Virus record (IMG/VR): IMGVR_UViG_3300041583_000090
Location: 1 to 56,021 of that record
Length of the DNA stretch: 56,021 nucleotides
Direction: 5' to 3' (one strand)
DNA from: a virus
Taxonomy: Duplodnaviria > Caudoviricetes
Part shown: positions 1-10,370 of the stretch, one piece after another
Position numbering within the stretch: position 1 is the first letter of the stretch
Layout: every line of letters begins with the position of its first letter
The notes under the pieces: model-generated
Databases searched by the model: none
Told to the model about the DNA's origin: nothing
What the model saw: the letters and a program-made list of their open reading frames with translations, nothing else
Made by a program: the position numbers and the translations under genes

Positions 1-1
1 A

Positions 2-2521
2 TTTAAAATAGGGGAAGAGATCGGTTCATACTTTGTGGGTGAGTGGTATCGCCCAATGTTAGTAGACATCAGAATAGCCGTAAACTCTGCAAGCCTTCTT
101 GTAAACGGAGAAGAAGTCTTAAACATTGCTTATGAGACCTCAGAACTAGTTTTTGAAGACTTGGAAAGCGGAGAAGACTACTGGGGTGTATATGCTTATG
201 AAGATGTGCCAGTTGTTGAGATAGACTGTCCGGCATTCTACCCATACGTAGTCCCATCCCTCGTAGCAAAAAGACGATTTGGTTTCGGTCAAGCTGTGGA
301 GTCTCCAGATGGGTCAAACAAATCTTTTGGAGCAAGCACTGCATTCATAGATTACTCTGTTGCAGATTATACCAACAATTATCAATACCCCGACATGGGG
401 AAGTGGGAGCACGGAATATCTGAAAATATAGACACAGAAGGTCTCGCCCTGTCTTCCCCCTCAGTGAGCCTTCCAGACTTTGTCTTTCAAAACACGGACT
501 ATGACTCGTGGTACAGCGTTCAGAAGAACAATCCGGCCCCTTACTTTACCTTCTCAGATAACCCTGGTTTTATAAGATTTCAAACCCTAGACATAGATAA
601 CCAGCCCTCAAAAGCAGTATATGCCATATTCGAAATTGACAGCTTTAGCTCTGACTCCAAGATAATACTTAAGCTTGTAAACAAGGTTAATGGGGATAGC
701 TTTTCTGTGATCCTCTTGCAAGATGTCTTGAGCTATGAGTTAAAGATTAGAGGTCAAAGTTCTGTTATCAGCACGAAGCCGGGAATCACCCTTAATGAAA
801 AAGTTTTTGTGGGGGCATCCTTTACTTCGTTGAGCAATTACTTTGGCTCAGAAGTTTTATCATTCTTTAGCAATGCTCGCCAACTAATGATGTTCGTTGC
901 AGGAGACAATACCTATGACTCCCAGTTTGATGGAAAGATTTACAAGGTTGGTCTGTGCACACAGAGAAACGTAAATAAAGTACCAGAGTTTTTTGAGGTT
1001 GAAGAGTTAGGCTATGTTGACGCAGGATTTTATAACATGTCCGTTTGGTCTAATGTCTTGGACGGAGGAATTCCGTCCTCCTTTACGTTCCAGGAACTGT
1101 ACGACCATATAGCAACGTACACGCTAACGGCATCCATAGACTATGGGCTCTACAGTCTAGACGTAGACTGCGACTCTTACTGGCAGGACTACCTTCCCCT
1201 CTCATACTTTGCGCAGTACGTAAAAGACGCCTTTGATGAAGAGTATTATGACTTGTCCTTTATCCAGTTTAACGTAGACTATCCGTCTATCCCTAAGTTC
1301 CAGTTATCTTCGTATGATACAGGAGAGTCTCTCGTAAAGACTTACGTGAGCTTTCAGCTAATAGAGTCTGGGGCGACAAAGCAGCTATCTGAATTTTCAG
1401 AGGTAGCCACAGCTCAAAGAAACAACGTGGTGAACCCTACGGACATCAGGTATTCCTCAGGTTGGATAGATACCGCCTTTGAAGTGGTGGACGGAATGAT
1501 CATTTATCCTCCTAGGGATGTCCCCATGACATCCTATGCTCTTGTCACACATATAGAGATGAAGGTTAGAGGAGCTATAAGAAACAAGATTGGGCTAAGG
1601 AGTCTGCAGTATGCATCCCAAGCCTTTAACGATACCACCTCTAACCCAATTGGTACAAAGTTTAACATTCCCGTATTCCCTTACAAAAAGTACTCCCTAT
1701 TTTACGACTACAAGTCTAGAAACCCCTATAGGATTTATAAGGGTAGCACACCCTATCTTTACCTAACCAAAAGAAGCGGCATCGAGACTGTAGGAGACTA
1801 CGACCCACTGATCAACAGAGGCTTCTTAATCAATGTCAATGAGAAAACCGCAGAGAAATACAGCCTGATCGCAACACAGATGTTTATGTTTTTTGGTCAA
1901 GAAACTTTTCCAATAGGTGAAACAAAGATATTTGAGCTGGAATCAAACTACGTTTATATAAAAGTTTTTATGCAACCAACCGACAGCTCCAACAAGCGTG
2001 TAAGGCTTTACGCACTGAACGCAAGAACTGGCCAATTCCAGACCGGATTAGCCTTCTATATAAATGGAAAAATAGTCAAGACTCCTACAATTAACATTAA
2101 CGAGTGGACGACTCTAGGCATCAGGTTTGCAGAACCACTAAGATTTGACTCTGCTGTTGGGGCTATAAGGTTTACAGGACCGATGCTGGTAAACAACATA
2201 TCGTATTACGAGTCAAGTAGCTTGCAGGAGATAGAGCGCCAATCGGTAAGGCTCTGGGACGAGGTTGCCAGTGCCCAGGCTCCCTGGTCTTACTGGAAGG
2301 AGCGATTAACGGAGTCCGCCACCAGTTATCTCTGGAATGATGTCTTAGTCATATCTTCCACGCAGTATTACGGAGTAAATCCTTCGAATATCTACAAAGC
2401 TTATGCTGGAACAAATAAAATCATAGCTGGAGACGATTCTGTTCTATATATAGGAGGAATTCTGGGTTACAAGATCACAAACGGTCTTACTTGGTCATCT
2501 TCTATAGTCAAACCTCTATAG
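2..2521 (+). CDS. Large putative virion structural protein, 5'-truncated by the window edge (beta-rich, LamG-like segments)
   Basis: Frame is open from nt 2 (FKIGEEIGSYFVGEW...); aromatic/beta-rich, LamG-like 'FYINGKIV...NEWTTLGIRF'; lies just upstream of the portal region. Confidence 0.55.
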   Translation, partial: FKIGEEIGSYFVGEWYRPMLVDIRIAVNSASLLVNGEEVLNIAYETSELVFEDLESGEDYWGVYAYEDVPVVEIDCPAFYPYVVPSLVAKRRFGFGQAVESPDGSNKSFGASTAFIDYSVADYTNNYQYPDMGKWEHGISENIDTEGLALSSPSVSLPDFVFQNTDYDSWYSVQKNNPAPYFTFSDNPGFIRFQTLDIDNQPSKAVYAIFEIDSFSSDSKIILKLVNKVNGDSFSVILLQDVLSYELKIRGQSSVISTKPGITLNEKVFVGASFTSLSNYFGSEVLSFFSNARQLMMFVAGDNTYDSQFDGKIYKVGLCTQRNVNKVPEFFEVEELGYVDAGFYNMSVWSNVLDGGIPSSFTFQELYDHIATYTLTASIDYGLYSLDVDCDSYWQDYLPLSYFAQYVKDAFDEEYYDLSFIQFNVDYPSIPKFQLSSYDTGESLVKTYVSFQLIESGATKQLSEFSEVATAQRNNVVNPTDIRYSSGWIDTAFEVVDGMIIYPPRDVPMTSYALVTHIEMKVRGAIRNKIGLRSLQYASQAFNDTTSNPIGTKFNIPVFPYKKYSLFYDYKSRNPYRIYKGSTPYLYLTKRSGIETVGDYDPLINRGFLINVNEKTAEKYSLIATQMFMFFGQETFPIGETKIFELESNYVYIKVFMQPTDSSNKRVRLYALNARTGQFQTGLAFYINGKIVKTPTININEWTTLGIRFAEPLRFDSAVGAIRFTGPMLVNNISYYESSSLQEIERQSVRLWDEVASAQAPWSYWKERLTESATSYLWNDVLVISSTQYYGVNPSNIYKAYAGTNKIIAGDDSVLYIGGILGYKITNGLTWSSSIVKPL

Positions 2522-2523
2522 TA

Positions 2524-2532
2524 TGGTATACT
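2524..2532 (+). promoter_or_regulatory. Extended -10 promoter TGGTATACT, probable leaderless transcript
   Basis: TGn-TATACT ends 7 nt before ATG 2540; no SD sequence. Confidence 0.6.
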
Positions 2533-2539
2533 AGTGGTT

Positions 2540-2908
2540 ATGACAGACAAATTTCCAGGACAAATTGGTGAATCAAAAATTACAATGCTTGAAAAAGACT
2601 ACCCCTGGGGTATTTACTTTTGGAAAAAAGCTAACGGAAAGCCTCTCACAGATGGTCACGGGAGTGTATTAAACATTCCGTCGCACCGCGGGGACGCCTT
2701 GCAGATAGAAAAGCTTAAGCGCGAAGCGAACAACCTTGGACATGGCGATGGTTCATATGAGTTTATTCCAGGAGTTTCCAGGGTATCAGAAGACGAATAC
2801 CAAGAACAAAAAGAGAGAATGGCACAGGGGCTGATCCCTAACCTAAATGACCTTGGGGCAGTACAGGCAGCCAAGGATACTCTAAGACTTTACGGAGATG
2901 AAGGCTAA
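2540..2908 (+). CDS. Hypothetical phage protein
   Basis: ORF track 2534..2908; ATG 2540 fits the promoter; stop overlaps portal start (TAATG). Confidence 0.7.
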   Translation: MTDKFPGQIGESKITMLEKDYPWGIYFWKKANGKPLTDGHGSVLNIPSHRGDALQIEKLKREANNLGHGDGSYEFIPGVSRVSEDEYQEQKERMAQGLIPNLNDLGAVQAAKDTLRLYGDEG

Positions 2909-4539
2909 TGTCTGAAGAATATTTTATTAACGGAGCTCGACTTGACGAAGATAATGGGCCTGACGATACCTTTAAGAACCAAGATCCTTTCAATAGGTCA
3001 TGGGATGATCTTAAGGATCTGTCTGGATTAGAGAAGAACTTTAAGCGCAGATCAGAAAGAGCTGTAAAGCTATACGACTCGGTTCAGGCTAACCCCGATG
3101 TGGACTTAATGTCTCAGGGATACCTGGACTCCGCCTCTGCTACTAGCACAGGTAAAGAGGGGGTAAAGTCAAAGCAGATCAATTCAGGAGCGGTATACCG
3201 AAATGGATACGGACTCTTTGATGTAATCACCCCACCATGGAACTTATACGAACTAGCTAATTACTATGACACATCTTTTGCAAACCACGCCGCTATTGAT
3301 GCGAAGGTTCAAAACATTGTTGGTCTAGGTTATGACTTTAAGATTTCAGAAAGGACTCAGCTAAAGCTAGAATCAAGCCTCGATGAGGGGCAAAGAGACA
3401 GAGCCCGCAATCGAATTCAAAAAATGATGATTGAAATGAGAGACTGGGTAGAGACTCTTAACGATGACGATTCTTTGACTAACACTCTTAGTAAATTTTT
3501 TACAGATGTCCAGGCAACCGGGAACGGATACCTAGAAATTGGAAGAACTACCAAAGGTGAGATCGGCTATGTAGGTCACATTCCGGCCACTACCATGAGA
3601 GCTAGAAGGCTTCGTGACGGTTACGTCCAGATTATTGGTCAAAAGGTCGTATACTTTAGAAACTTTGGGGCAACCAACCTGAACCCTATTACAGGAGACC
3701 CTCGTCCAAACGAGATACTTCACTACAAAGAATACTCACCCCTTAACACCTTTTATGGAATTCCAGACATTATGGCAGCTATATCTTCTTTGCATGGAGA
3801 TCAGCTAGCCACTCAGTACAACATTGACTACTTTGGAAACAAGGGGGTACCTCGTTACATTATAACTCTTAAAGGTGCAAAGCTATCCTCTGAGGCAGAA
3901 GATAAAATGTTTAGATTCCTACAGACAAGCCTCAAAGGGCAGTCTCATAGAACTCTTTACATTCCCCTACCAGGAGACTCTGACAACAGCAAGGTAGAGT
4001 TCAAGATGGAGCCAATTGAAACCGGGGTTCAAGAAGCATCGTTTAACGAATACAGAATTCGCAATAGAGAAGACATCCTTGTAGCCCATCAGGTTCCACT
4101 ATCCAAGATTGGTGGAGGAGACAGCGCATCTATTGCAGCAGCTCTGTCACAAGACAGGACCTTCAAAGAGCAGGTAGCAAGGCCAGCTCAGCGCAATCTA
4201 GAGAAGATGCTTAATAAAATTATTAGAGAAAAGACAGATGTATTAGAGCTTAAGTTTAATGAGCTCACCCTTACGGACGAGATTTCTCAATCACAGATCT
4301 TAGAACGTTACGTAAAGATGCAGATTCTTACTCCTAACGAAGCTAGAGAGCAGTTGGGGCTTCCCCAGAGGCCAGACGGTGATGAAGTATTTGAGATGTC
4401 TCCACGTCAAGCAACAGATACCCGCGCTAACACAGCGGGGAATAGAGCAAGAGACGCAGAAAGAACCAATAACAATTCAGATAGTCCATCGACAGTATCT
4501 GGAAGGAACGCACAAGGAGAAGGTGCGGCATCATCATAA
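2908..4539 (+). CDS. Portal protein
   Basis: 543 aa; 'TGNGYLEI', 'YGIPDI', 'ILVAHQVP', 'LTPNEAREQLGLP' are typical HK97/PBSX-type portal motifs; precedes protease and capsid. Confidence 0.92.
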   Translation: MSEEYFINGARLDEDNGPDDTFKNQDPFNRSWDDLKDLSGLEKNFKRRSERAVKLYDSVQANPDVDLMSQGYLDSASATSTGKEGVKSKQINSGAVYRNGYGLFDVITPPWNLYELANYYDTSFANHAAIDAKVQNIVGLGYDFKISERTQLKLESSLDEGQRDRARNRIQKMMIEMRDWVETLNDDDSLTNTLSKFFTDVQATGNGYLEIGRTTKGEIGYVGHIPATTMRARRLRDGYVQIIGQKVVYFRNFGATNLNPITGDPRPNEILHYKEYSPLNTFYGIPDIMAAISSLHGDQLATQYNIDYFGNKGVPRYIITLKGAKLSSEAEDKMFRFLQTSLKGQSHRTLYIPLPGDSDNSKVEFKMEPIETGVQEASFNEYRIRNREDILVAHQVPLSKIGGGDSASIAAALSQDRTFKEQVARPAQRNLEKMLNKIIREKTDVLELKFNELTLTDEISQSQILERYVKMQILTPNEAREQLGLPQRPDGDEVFEMSPRQATDTRANTAGNRARDAERTNNNSDSPSTVSGRNAQGEGAASS

Positions 4540-4552
4540 CCCCCCAAATGTA

Positions 4553-4592
4553 TGTTATAATATTGTTATAATGTTTTAAAAGGGTGTATAAT
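4553..4592 (+). promoter_or_regulatory. Cluster of -10 elements upstream of the protease gene
   Basis: TGTTATAAT at 4553-4561 and 4564-4572 (11-nt period) and GTGTATAAT at 4584-4592. Confidence 0.55.
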
Positions 4593-4601
4593 TAGGATAC
4601 T

Positions 4602-6026
4602 ATGAGTATAGCAAAAGCAACATGGAGTACCCAGGGAGACGACCTGCGGCTTTCTATGCCATTCAGCAAGGTGGATGTAGAGAGAAGACTTGTCTCTGGA
4701 TTTGCCACACTCGATAACGTTGACAAGCAGCTAGACATCGTAACTTCTGGCGCAAGCGTAAAAGCCTTTGCAAAATTCCGTGGAAACATTAGAGAAATGC
4801 ACACCCCAACCGCTGTCGGTAAAATGGTTTCTTTTAGAGAAGATAAGTACTTTGACCCAGAGAGCAAGAAGTTTTATTCCGGAGTCTATGTTTCAGCATA
4901 TGTTTCTAAGGGTGCACAGAGTACTTGGGAGAAGGTTCTTGACGGAACTCTTTCAGGCTTTTCTATTGGCGGTAGAATGAACGACTGGGACGAGGGTTAC
5001 GACGAGAAGTCTGACTCCCCTATTCGTATCATTAAAGAGTATGACTTGGTTGAGTTGTCCCTGGTAGACAACCCCGCGAATCAGTTCGCAAATGTTATCT
5101 CTATTGAAAAAGTAGACGGCGTATCCGTAATAAAGGGGGATACAGCATCCCTAGAAATTGAAAATGTATTCTATGACGAAGAGTCTGGAATCGTGACAAT
5201 ATCCAAAGAAGATTCTCAGACGTCACCCGTTACAGGGTCACAGATGAAGAACATTGGTTTTGTTGAAAAGAATGACAATGAGAAATCAGAAATGATAAAG
5301 TTCTTAGTTGATAGTGCTAAAGGCATGAATCTTTCTAAGATGACAAAGGAGGAAGATCCTATGACTGAAACAACAAATGAAATCACAGAGAAGTCTGATG
5401 ATGTAGTTGAAGATGTAAAGGTCGCTCGAGAGGCAGATATCGCAACCGAAGCTGTTGACACAGCTAAGGTAGACGCTACCGGCTCCATGGCCGACGAGGA
5501 CGAGGATGACGAGGATGACATGGAGTCATCTTACACTTCCAAAGCCAAGTCAGGAGACATGGACGAGGATGACGAGGATGACATGGAGTCATCTTACACT
5601 TCCAAAGCCAAGTCAGGAGACATGGACGAGGATGAGATGAAGGCTGAGAAGTCTGACGATTCCGAGGTAGAAGAAGACGTATCAAAATCAGATGATGTAA
5701 CCGCAGCAGTCGCTGAGCTAAAAAACGGTATTGCATCAGCCTTTAGCGATCTATCAGTAGTCGTAAAGTCATTAAGTGACGAGATTATTGAACTAAAGAA
5801 GTCACTCGAAGCTACAAGCAATGACCTAAAGTCTGTAAAGGACGAGGTTGTTTCAGCTAAGAGTAACTTTGATGAATTTGGAAAGAGAGTTGACGCTGTG
5901 GAAGCTGACACCGCTTTTCGTAAATCTGGCGATCTAGGCGAGATCGTACAGGAAACTCAGATCCAAAAATCTGAGAAATCCCTATGGGGCGGACGTTTCC
6001 TCAAAACTGCCGACTTATTTAATTAA
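4602..6026 (+). CDS. Prohead maturation protease fused to acidic/coiled-coil scaffold region
   Basis: N-terminal 'NIREMH', 'GFSIGG', 'LVELSLVDNPAN' HK97-type protease motifs; acidic linker and C-terminal coiled coil. Confidence 0.9.
   Translation: MSIAKATWSTQGDDLRLSMPFSKVDVERRLVSGFATLDNVDKQLDIVTSGASVKAFAKFRGNIREMHTPTAVGKMVSFREDKYFDPESKKFYSGVYVSAYVSKGAQSTWEKVLDGTLSGFSIGGRMNDWDEGYDEKSDSPIRIIKEYDLVELSLVDNPANQFANVISIEKVDGVSVIKGDTASLEIENVFYDEESGIVTISKEDSQTSPVTGSQMKNIGFVEKNDNEKSEMIKFLVDSAKGMNLSKMTKEEDPMTETTNEITEKSDDVVEDVKVAREADIATEAVDTAKVDATGSMADEDEDDEDDMESSYTSKAKSGDMDEDDEDDMESSYTSKAKSGDMDEDEMKAEKSDDSEVEEDVSKSDDVTAAVAELKNGIASAFSDLSVVVKSLSDEIIELKKSLEATSNDLKSVKDEVVSAKSNFDEFGKRVDAVEADTAFRKSGDLGEIVQETQIQKSEKSLWGGRFLKTADLFN
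5498..5635 (+). repeat. Perfect 63-bp tandem repeat, about 2.2 copies, in frame
   Basis: Copies start at 5498, 5561 and 5624 (partial); encodes DEDDEDDMESSYTSKAKSGDM. Confidence 0.95.
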
Positions 6027-6053
6027 GACACAAATCACTTAGGAGGTGACATA

Positions 6054-7181
6054 ATGTCGGAAGAGATTATCAAGAACAACCCCGATGCCGCTGGCGATGA
6101 CAGCGGTCTGTTTAACGGCGAAGGTGCATTTGCATCCGGATCGAGCGCAGGGGCTAACATTCCTGGAAACTACGCTACAGGCGGAGTTATGGGAAACATT
6201 CCAACCGCAAACCTCGGTATAACTACCGGGCCAAACGCTGTAACTCCTTCTGGTGATGCAGGTGGTGGTATCCTACGCCCTGAACAGGCACGTCGTTTTA
6301 TTGACTACGTATGGGACGCTACTATTCTCGCCAAAGATGGCCGCAGAGTTACAATGCGGGCCAACACAATGGAACTTGAGAAAGTTAACGTTGGAGAGCG
6401 TGTAATCCGAGCAGCCGCACAGGCTGGTGGAGACTACACCAACACCGGAGCTACCTTTACCAAGGTAGAACTAACAACCAAGAAGATTCGTCTAGACTGG
6501 GAGGTCTCATCAGAGTCCCTAGAAGACGGTATCGAAGGTGCTGCACTAGAAGACCACCTAGTACGATTGATGACAAACGCTTTTGCGAATGACATCGAAG
6601 ACCTAGCCATTAATGGTGACGGTGCTACTGGAAACTTCTTGTCCATCATGGATGGTTTCGTTAACAAGGAAAAAACTGGAGACGCACACGAGGCAGCAGT
6701 TACTGTTGCATCCAATGCGTGGACTCCAGAGGTTATGCAGAAAATTATCTTGGCCATGCCACGTAAGTATCGTGCAATCAAGTCCAACTTGAAGTTCTAT
6801 GCGGGTACAGATGCATTCCAGGGAATCGTTAAGAACAACGGTACACTGGCTGACGCTATTGCCGAGGCATTTGCTGGTACTCCAGCAGGTACCCCAGCTA
6901 ACCGCCAGAGCTACCTAGATGGTGCAGCACAGACATTCGGTGCAGCACGAACCACTCGCGTTCTTGGCATTGACGTCCAGGAAGTTCCTTACTACCCTGA
7001 AGGCTTTGTAGATCTTACATTCCCCCAGAACCGTGTATGGGGTTTCCAGAGAGACATCACTGTTAACCGTGAGTACAAGCCAAAGAAGGACACCATTGAG
7101 TACACCGTATTCGTACGGTTCGGTCTTCAGTGGGAAGAAGAGGACGCTATTGCGTTCGCTGACGCTGCCGCAGATAGTTAA
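6054..7181 (+). CDS. Major capsid protein (HK97 fold)
   Basis: 375 aa after protease; strong SD AGGAGG; 'GGGILRPEQARRFID', 'EDLAINGDG'; followed by terminator. Confidence 0.9.
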   Translation: MSEEIIKNNPDAAGDDSGLFNGEGAFASGSSAGANIPGNYATGGVMGNIPTANLGITTGPNAVTPSGDAGGGILRPEQARRFIDYVWDATILAKDGRRVTMRANTMELEKVNVGERVIRAAAQAGGDYTNTGATFTKVELTTKKIRLDWEVSSESLEDGIEGAALEDHLVRLMTNAFANDIEDLAINGDGATGNFLSIMDGFVNKEKTGDAHEAAVTVASNAWTPEVMQKIILAMPRKYRAIKSNLKFYAGTDAFQGIVKNNGTLADAIAEAFAGTPAGTPANRQSYLDGAAQTFGAARTTRVLGIDVQEVPYYPEGFVDLTFPQNRVWGFQRDITVNREYKPKKDTIEYTVFVRFGLQWEEEDAIAFADAAADS

Positions 7182-7200
7182 TCTGTAGCAGTAACCTTTT

Positions 7201-7240
7201 AAAGAGAGGCAGGGGCAAAAGCCTCTGTCTCTTTTTATTT
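7201..7240 (+). terminator. Intrinsic terminator after the capsid gene
   Basis: AGAGAGGCAGGGGC-AAAA-GCCTCTGTCTCT followed by a T tract. Confidence 0.85.
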
Positions 7241-7270
7241 AATCTGATATAATTATCACAGGAGGATATT

Positions 7271-7717
7271 ATGACAAACGAAGAAATTAGCAAAGAAGTA
7301 GTCGAGACAGAGAATGTCTCTACTCTTCAAGATGAGGTCGTAGAGGCCGAGGTAGTAGAGGCCCCAAAGCCACGCTCCACCAAGAAGCCAGCAGTCGAGA
7401 AAGACGAAAGCCCCGTAGATGAAGCGGTAGTTTTATCTGAGGAATTAGAGGAAGACAAGACTCCAAGCAGCAATATCAATGCTGCTGGAACTTTTGTTTC
7501 TCCAGGAGCAGACAGGACTTCTAAAAAAGAAAAGACTCCAGAGCTTTCTGAAGACAAGGTCGCTCTTAAGTCAACAAAGAATGTTTTCTGGGAGGGTGTC
7601 GGTCGAGTCTACAAGGGCTACAACATTGTAACCAAGGAGCAGGCCGAGAGCTGGCTGCTTAGAAGTCACATCACACTTGCAACTCCAGAAGAGATCGCTA
7701 GAGAATTTAACGTCTAA
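7271..7717 (+). CDS. Hypothetical protein, acidic low-complexity N-terminus
   Basis: SD GGAGG, upstream TGATATAAT; position between capsid and neck genes. Confidence 0.7.
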   Translation: MTNEEISKEVVETENVSTLQDEVVEAEVVEAPKPRSTKKPAVEKDESPVDEAVVLSEELEEDKTPSSNINAAGTFVSPGADRTSKKEKTPELSEDKVALKSTKNVFWEGVGRVYKGYNIVTKEQAESWLLRSHITLATPEEIAREFNV

Positions 7718-8628
7718 TGGAGGTCTTGAGGGTTCCACCTTATCCTATCGTAACGATCTGGGATGTCCCAGACGCAAACACTGCCTATGTTATTTACATA
7801 GAGGATTTGGTGGACCACTCAAGCGAAACTGTGAATGTCACATCAGGAAGTAACTCTAAAATTGAGTATGCCTTGCCAAGAGTCAAGGTTCAGTTTGACA
7901 GAAAGTTCTTGTTCAAAGTTTTAGATGTCAACGGGAGTATCGTTGTAGACGATAACCTAGACGTATACCGACCTTACGTAATCCCAGAAAGTTTATCAAA
8001 AAACAAAATAGCCAGCGATATAGCAGAATACAAGATGCTAGAGATTGTGGCTAGATCAATCATTGACGAGTTCGTTGTTCGAGGGTTCTACAACAACAAG
8101 ACTGTGGTTCAGACTACGGGCACTGGAGCAGACTACATCCCAGTCTGGGAAGATACAAATAAGATCTTAAAGGCATACGAGAATGATGTTCTAGTTTACG
8201 ATATAGACTCTGAAGAAAACTTTTACAATTTTGGAATATCCCTGGACAAGTCAGCAATCTTTAAGTCAATTCACCCTGGGGCTGTTAACAGGTTAGAAGG
8301 AAGGGCAAATTTGCTTCCCATCACACGCGGAGATCTAGTGTTTGACGGAAGAAATTTTGGAGACTTTCCTAGAAGTTGGGACTACACTTTCGTATTAGAT
8401 ACTGGGTACAAAACAATTCCGCCAGAAGTCCAGTATGCAACGAGTCTACTCATTGAAGATATAAAGTGTGGAAAGCTAGAGTATTACAAGAGATACGTCA
8501 CAGCTTACAATACAGACCAGTACAAGATTCAGTTTGACAAGCAACTTTTCGGAGGAACAGGAAACCTAATAGTAGACAAGTTGCTTTCAAAGTATACTCA
8601 AACTATTACAAGACTCGGAGTGCTATAG
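7717..8628 (+). CDS. Putative head-tail adaptor/connector
   Basis: Gene order; C-terminal 'TGYKTIPPEVQYATSLLI' resembles connector YxAG..P..V..A motif. Confidence 0.65.
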   Translation: MEVLRVPPYPIVTIWDVPDANTAYVIYIEDLVDHSSETVNVTSGSNSKIEYALPRVKVQFDRKFLFKVLDVNGSIVVDDNLDVYRPYVIPESLSKNKIASDIAEYKMLEIVARSIIDEFVVRGFYNNKTVVQTTGTGADYIPVWEDTNKILKAYENDVLVYDIDSEENFYNFGISLDKSAIFKSIHPGAVNRLEGRANLLPITRGDLVFDGRNFGDFPRSWDYTFVLDTGYKTIPPEVQYATSLLIEDIKCGKLEYYKRYVTAYNTDQYKIQFDKQLFGGTGNLIVDKLLSKYTQTITRLGVL

Positions 8629-9080
8629 TGGCCTACACTTGCGAAACTGTAGATTTTATTTACCCCCTGCTAGCAGATATCTATTATCCCATAGTGGAGC
8701 AGACAGCTTACGGTAACGTAAAGAAGCAATGGATATTAGATAAAACAATTTCTTGCAATTTCTCCGCAGTTGGCGCAGCTGGTAAGGAAGAGATTAAGCC
8801 CAACGTAAACATCACAAAAGATATGGTTCTTATGGGCAGGACTAGGCAAGACGTCAGGGTATCAAGTCTAGAAGTTTCTCATGCCACAACAAACATACTA
8901 ATAACAAACATAAGAGACAGCAACAAGAACCCCATATACCTAGAGACCACTGGTCCAAGAGCTGGGAACTCTACCATCTTTGAGCTAGCAACACAAGAGC
9001 CAACCGTCGGTCCATTTGGGGTAGTGGAGCTTTACAAGCTAGTCATAAAGAGATCAGAAAACCAGGGGTCGGACGTATGA
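8628..9080 (+). CDS. Putative head closure/stopper protein
   Basis: 150 aa, gene order, beta-rich with 'YGNVKKQW'. Confidence 0.55.
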   Translation: MAYTCETVDFIYPLLADIYYPIVEQTAYGNVKKQWILDKTISCNFSAVGAAGKEEIKPNVNITKDMVLMGRTRQDVRVSSLEVSHATTNILITNIRDSNKNPIYLETTGPRAGNSTIFELATQEPTVGPFGVVELYKLVIKRSENQGSDV

Positions 9081-9754
9081 TCAATGCAAGCTACAACACA
9101 AAACTTTTTATGGAACAGATGAATAATGCTATGGAATACTCTTTAGGATTCCTGGATGGAATCCAGAAGGGCAAGAGGGGATTCCTTGATAATCTTGGTC
9201 GTTCAACAGTAGAAGCTATGAAGCAGTTCATAGACTCTATGGCCAGGGTAGATCCAGGAATGCTCCAGCACGTATATGAGTGGTCTCAATCCGGTAGTCC
9301 ATCTGCAAGACTCTACGATATAGACTATACGGTAAGCAACGTGGGGCTTTCTTTTAGGTCAAGCTTTAGACAATCCACCTCTGTAAAAGCTGGATCGAAG
9401 ACTCCTTTCTATGATAAAGCTAGGATTATGGAATCTGGAATACCCGTAAGGATAAAGCCAAGACTGGTAAAAGTTCTAGCCTTTAACGACAATGGGGAGC
9501 AGGTCTTTACCTCTAAAGAGATTCTGGTGAGTGACCCCGGAGGACCAGAGGCTCAGGGAGGGCTCGAAAGGGCCTTGGATATTTTTATAAATCAGTACTT
9601 TAGGCAATCTTTCTTAAACTCTAGTGGTATAATTAATTATCTTAACGATGTATCTATTTACAAGAAAAACTTTTCTGCTGGCTCACGTCAGGGAAAGTCC
9701 AAAGGTACTGATGTTGGATATAGGTGGATAATAAACGCAGGAGTTGCTCTCTAA
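9077..9754 (+). CDS. Putative neck/tail completion protein
   Basis: Gene order; 'ARIMESG...IKPRLVKVLAF' resembles HK97 gp10-like neck proteins. Confidence 0.5.
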   Translation: MINASYNTKLFMEQMNNAMEYSLGFLDGIQKGKRGFLDNLGRSTVEAMKQFIDSMARVDPGMLQHVYEWSQSGSPSARLYDIDYTVSNVGLSFRSSFRQSTSVKAGSKTPFYDKARIMESGIPVRIKPRLVKVLAFNDNGEQVFTSKEILVSDPGGPEAQGGLERALDIFINQYFRQSFLNSSGIINYLNDVSIYKKNFSAGSRQGKSKGTDVGYRWIINAGVAL

Positions 9755-10296
9755 TGGCTATACACTATCCACCAGTATTTATCAACGCATACCTTGCAGA
9801 CAAGATCTCTACAGAGCTTTCATCTAGGTTTAGTGGACCATTAAAGTTTTTCCCCACTGCCCCTACAGACATAGAAACACTTACTCAATCCTTCCCAGCG
9901 GCCGCAGGTGATGTCTTTGCAGTATTTGACAGAATGTTTAAGATGAGGAGAAGCCCCTTCCCTCACGTCAAGTGTGAGCAGCTTCTTTACTATTTCTACA
10001 AAACTGCAGGAGATCCAGAAGCCTTAATAGAGACAACACAAGTGGTTCAGGATTTATTGGACAACGGTGACGAATCAGCTCAAGACTTAAACCATTGGAT
10101 TTCTAATCTTCCAAGTGGCGAAATCGTTGGGGGTTGCCAGACCAAGAAAATAAGCGGAACAGACTTTCTTATGCCATTTTTTCATGAAATAAAAATTTAT
10201 CAACTAGAAGAAACAAGAGACATTGTTGACTTTGGAACAGCAAGGACCTTTGCTGGTAATAAAATAATAATTGATTATGAATGGCACAAATCTTAA
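9754..10296 (+). CDS. Putative tail terminator protein
   Basis: ATG 9754 coupled to previous stop (TAATG); directly precedes tail tube gene. Confidence 0.5.
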   Translation: MAIHYPPVFINAYLADKISTELSSRFSGPLKFFPTAPTDIETLTQSFPAAAGDVFAVFDRMFKMRRSPFPHVKCEQLLYYFYKTAGDPEALIETTQVVQDLLDNGDESAQDLNHWISNLPSGEIVGGCQTKKISGTDFLMPFFHEIKIYQLEETRDIVDFGTARTFAGNKIIIDYEWHKS

Positions 10297-10370
10297 TACT
10301 TTAAAAAGAGTGTTATAATTAGTCTGAGGAAACACCCCCCACCTATCTATAGAAAAAAGAGGTGAAATAA

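Noticed and set aside
4538-4549. 12-mer AACCCCCCAAAT also present at 53978-53989
   Set aside because: Only two low-complexity copies in unrelated contexts; chance cannot be excluded
5498-5635. Direct repeats as a possible CRISPR mini-array, given the Cas4-like gene
   Set aside because: Head-to-tail coding duplication with no unique spacers; no array seen anywhere in the window
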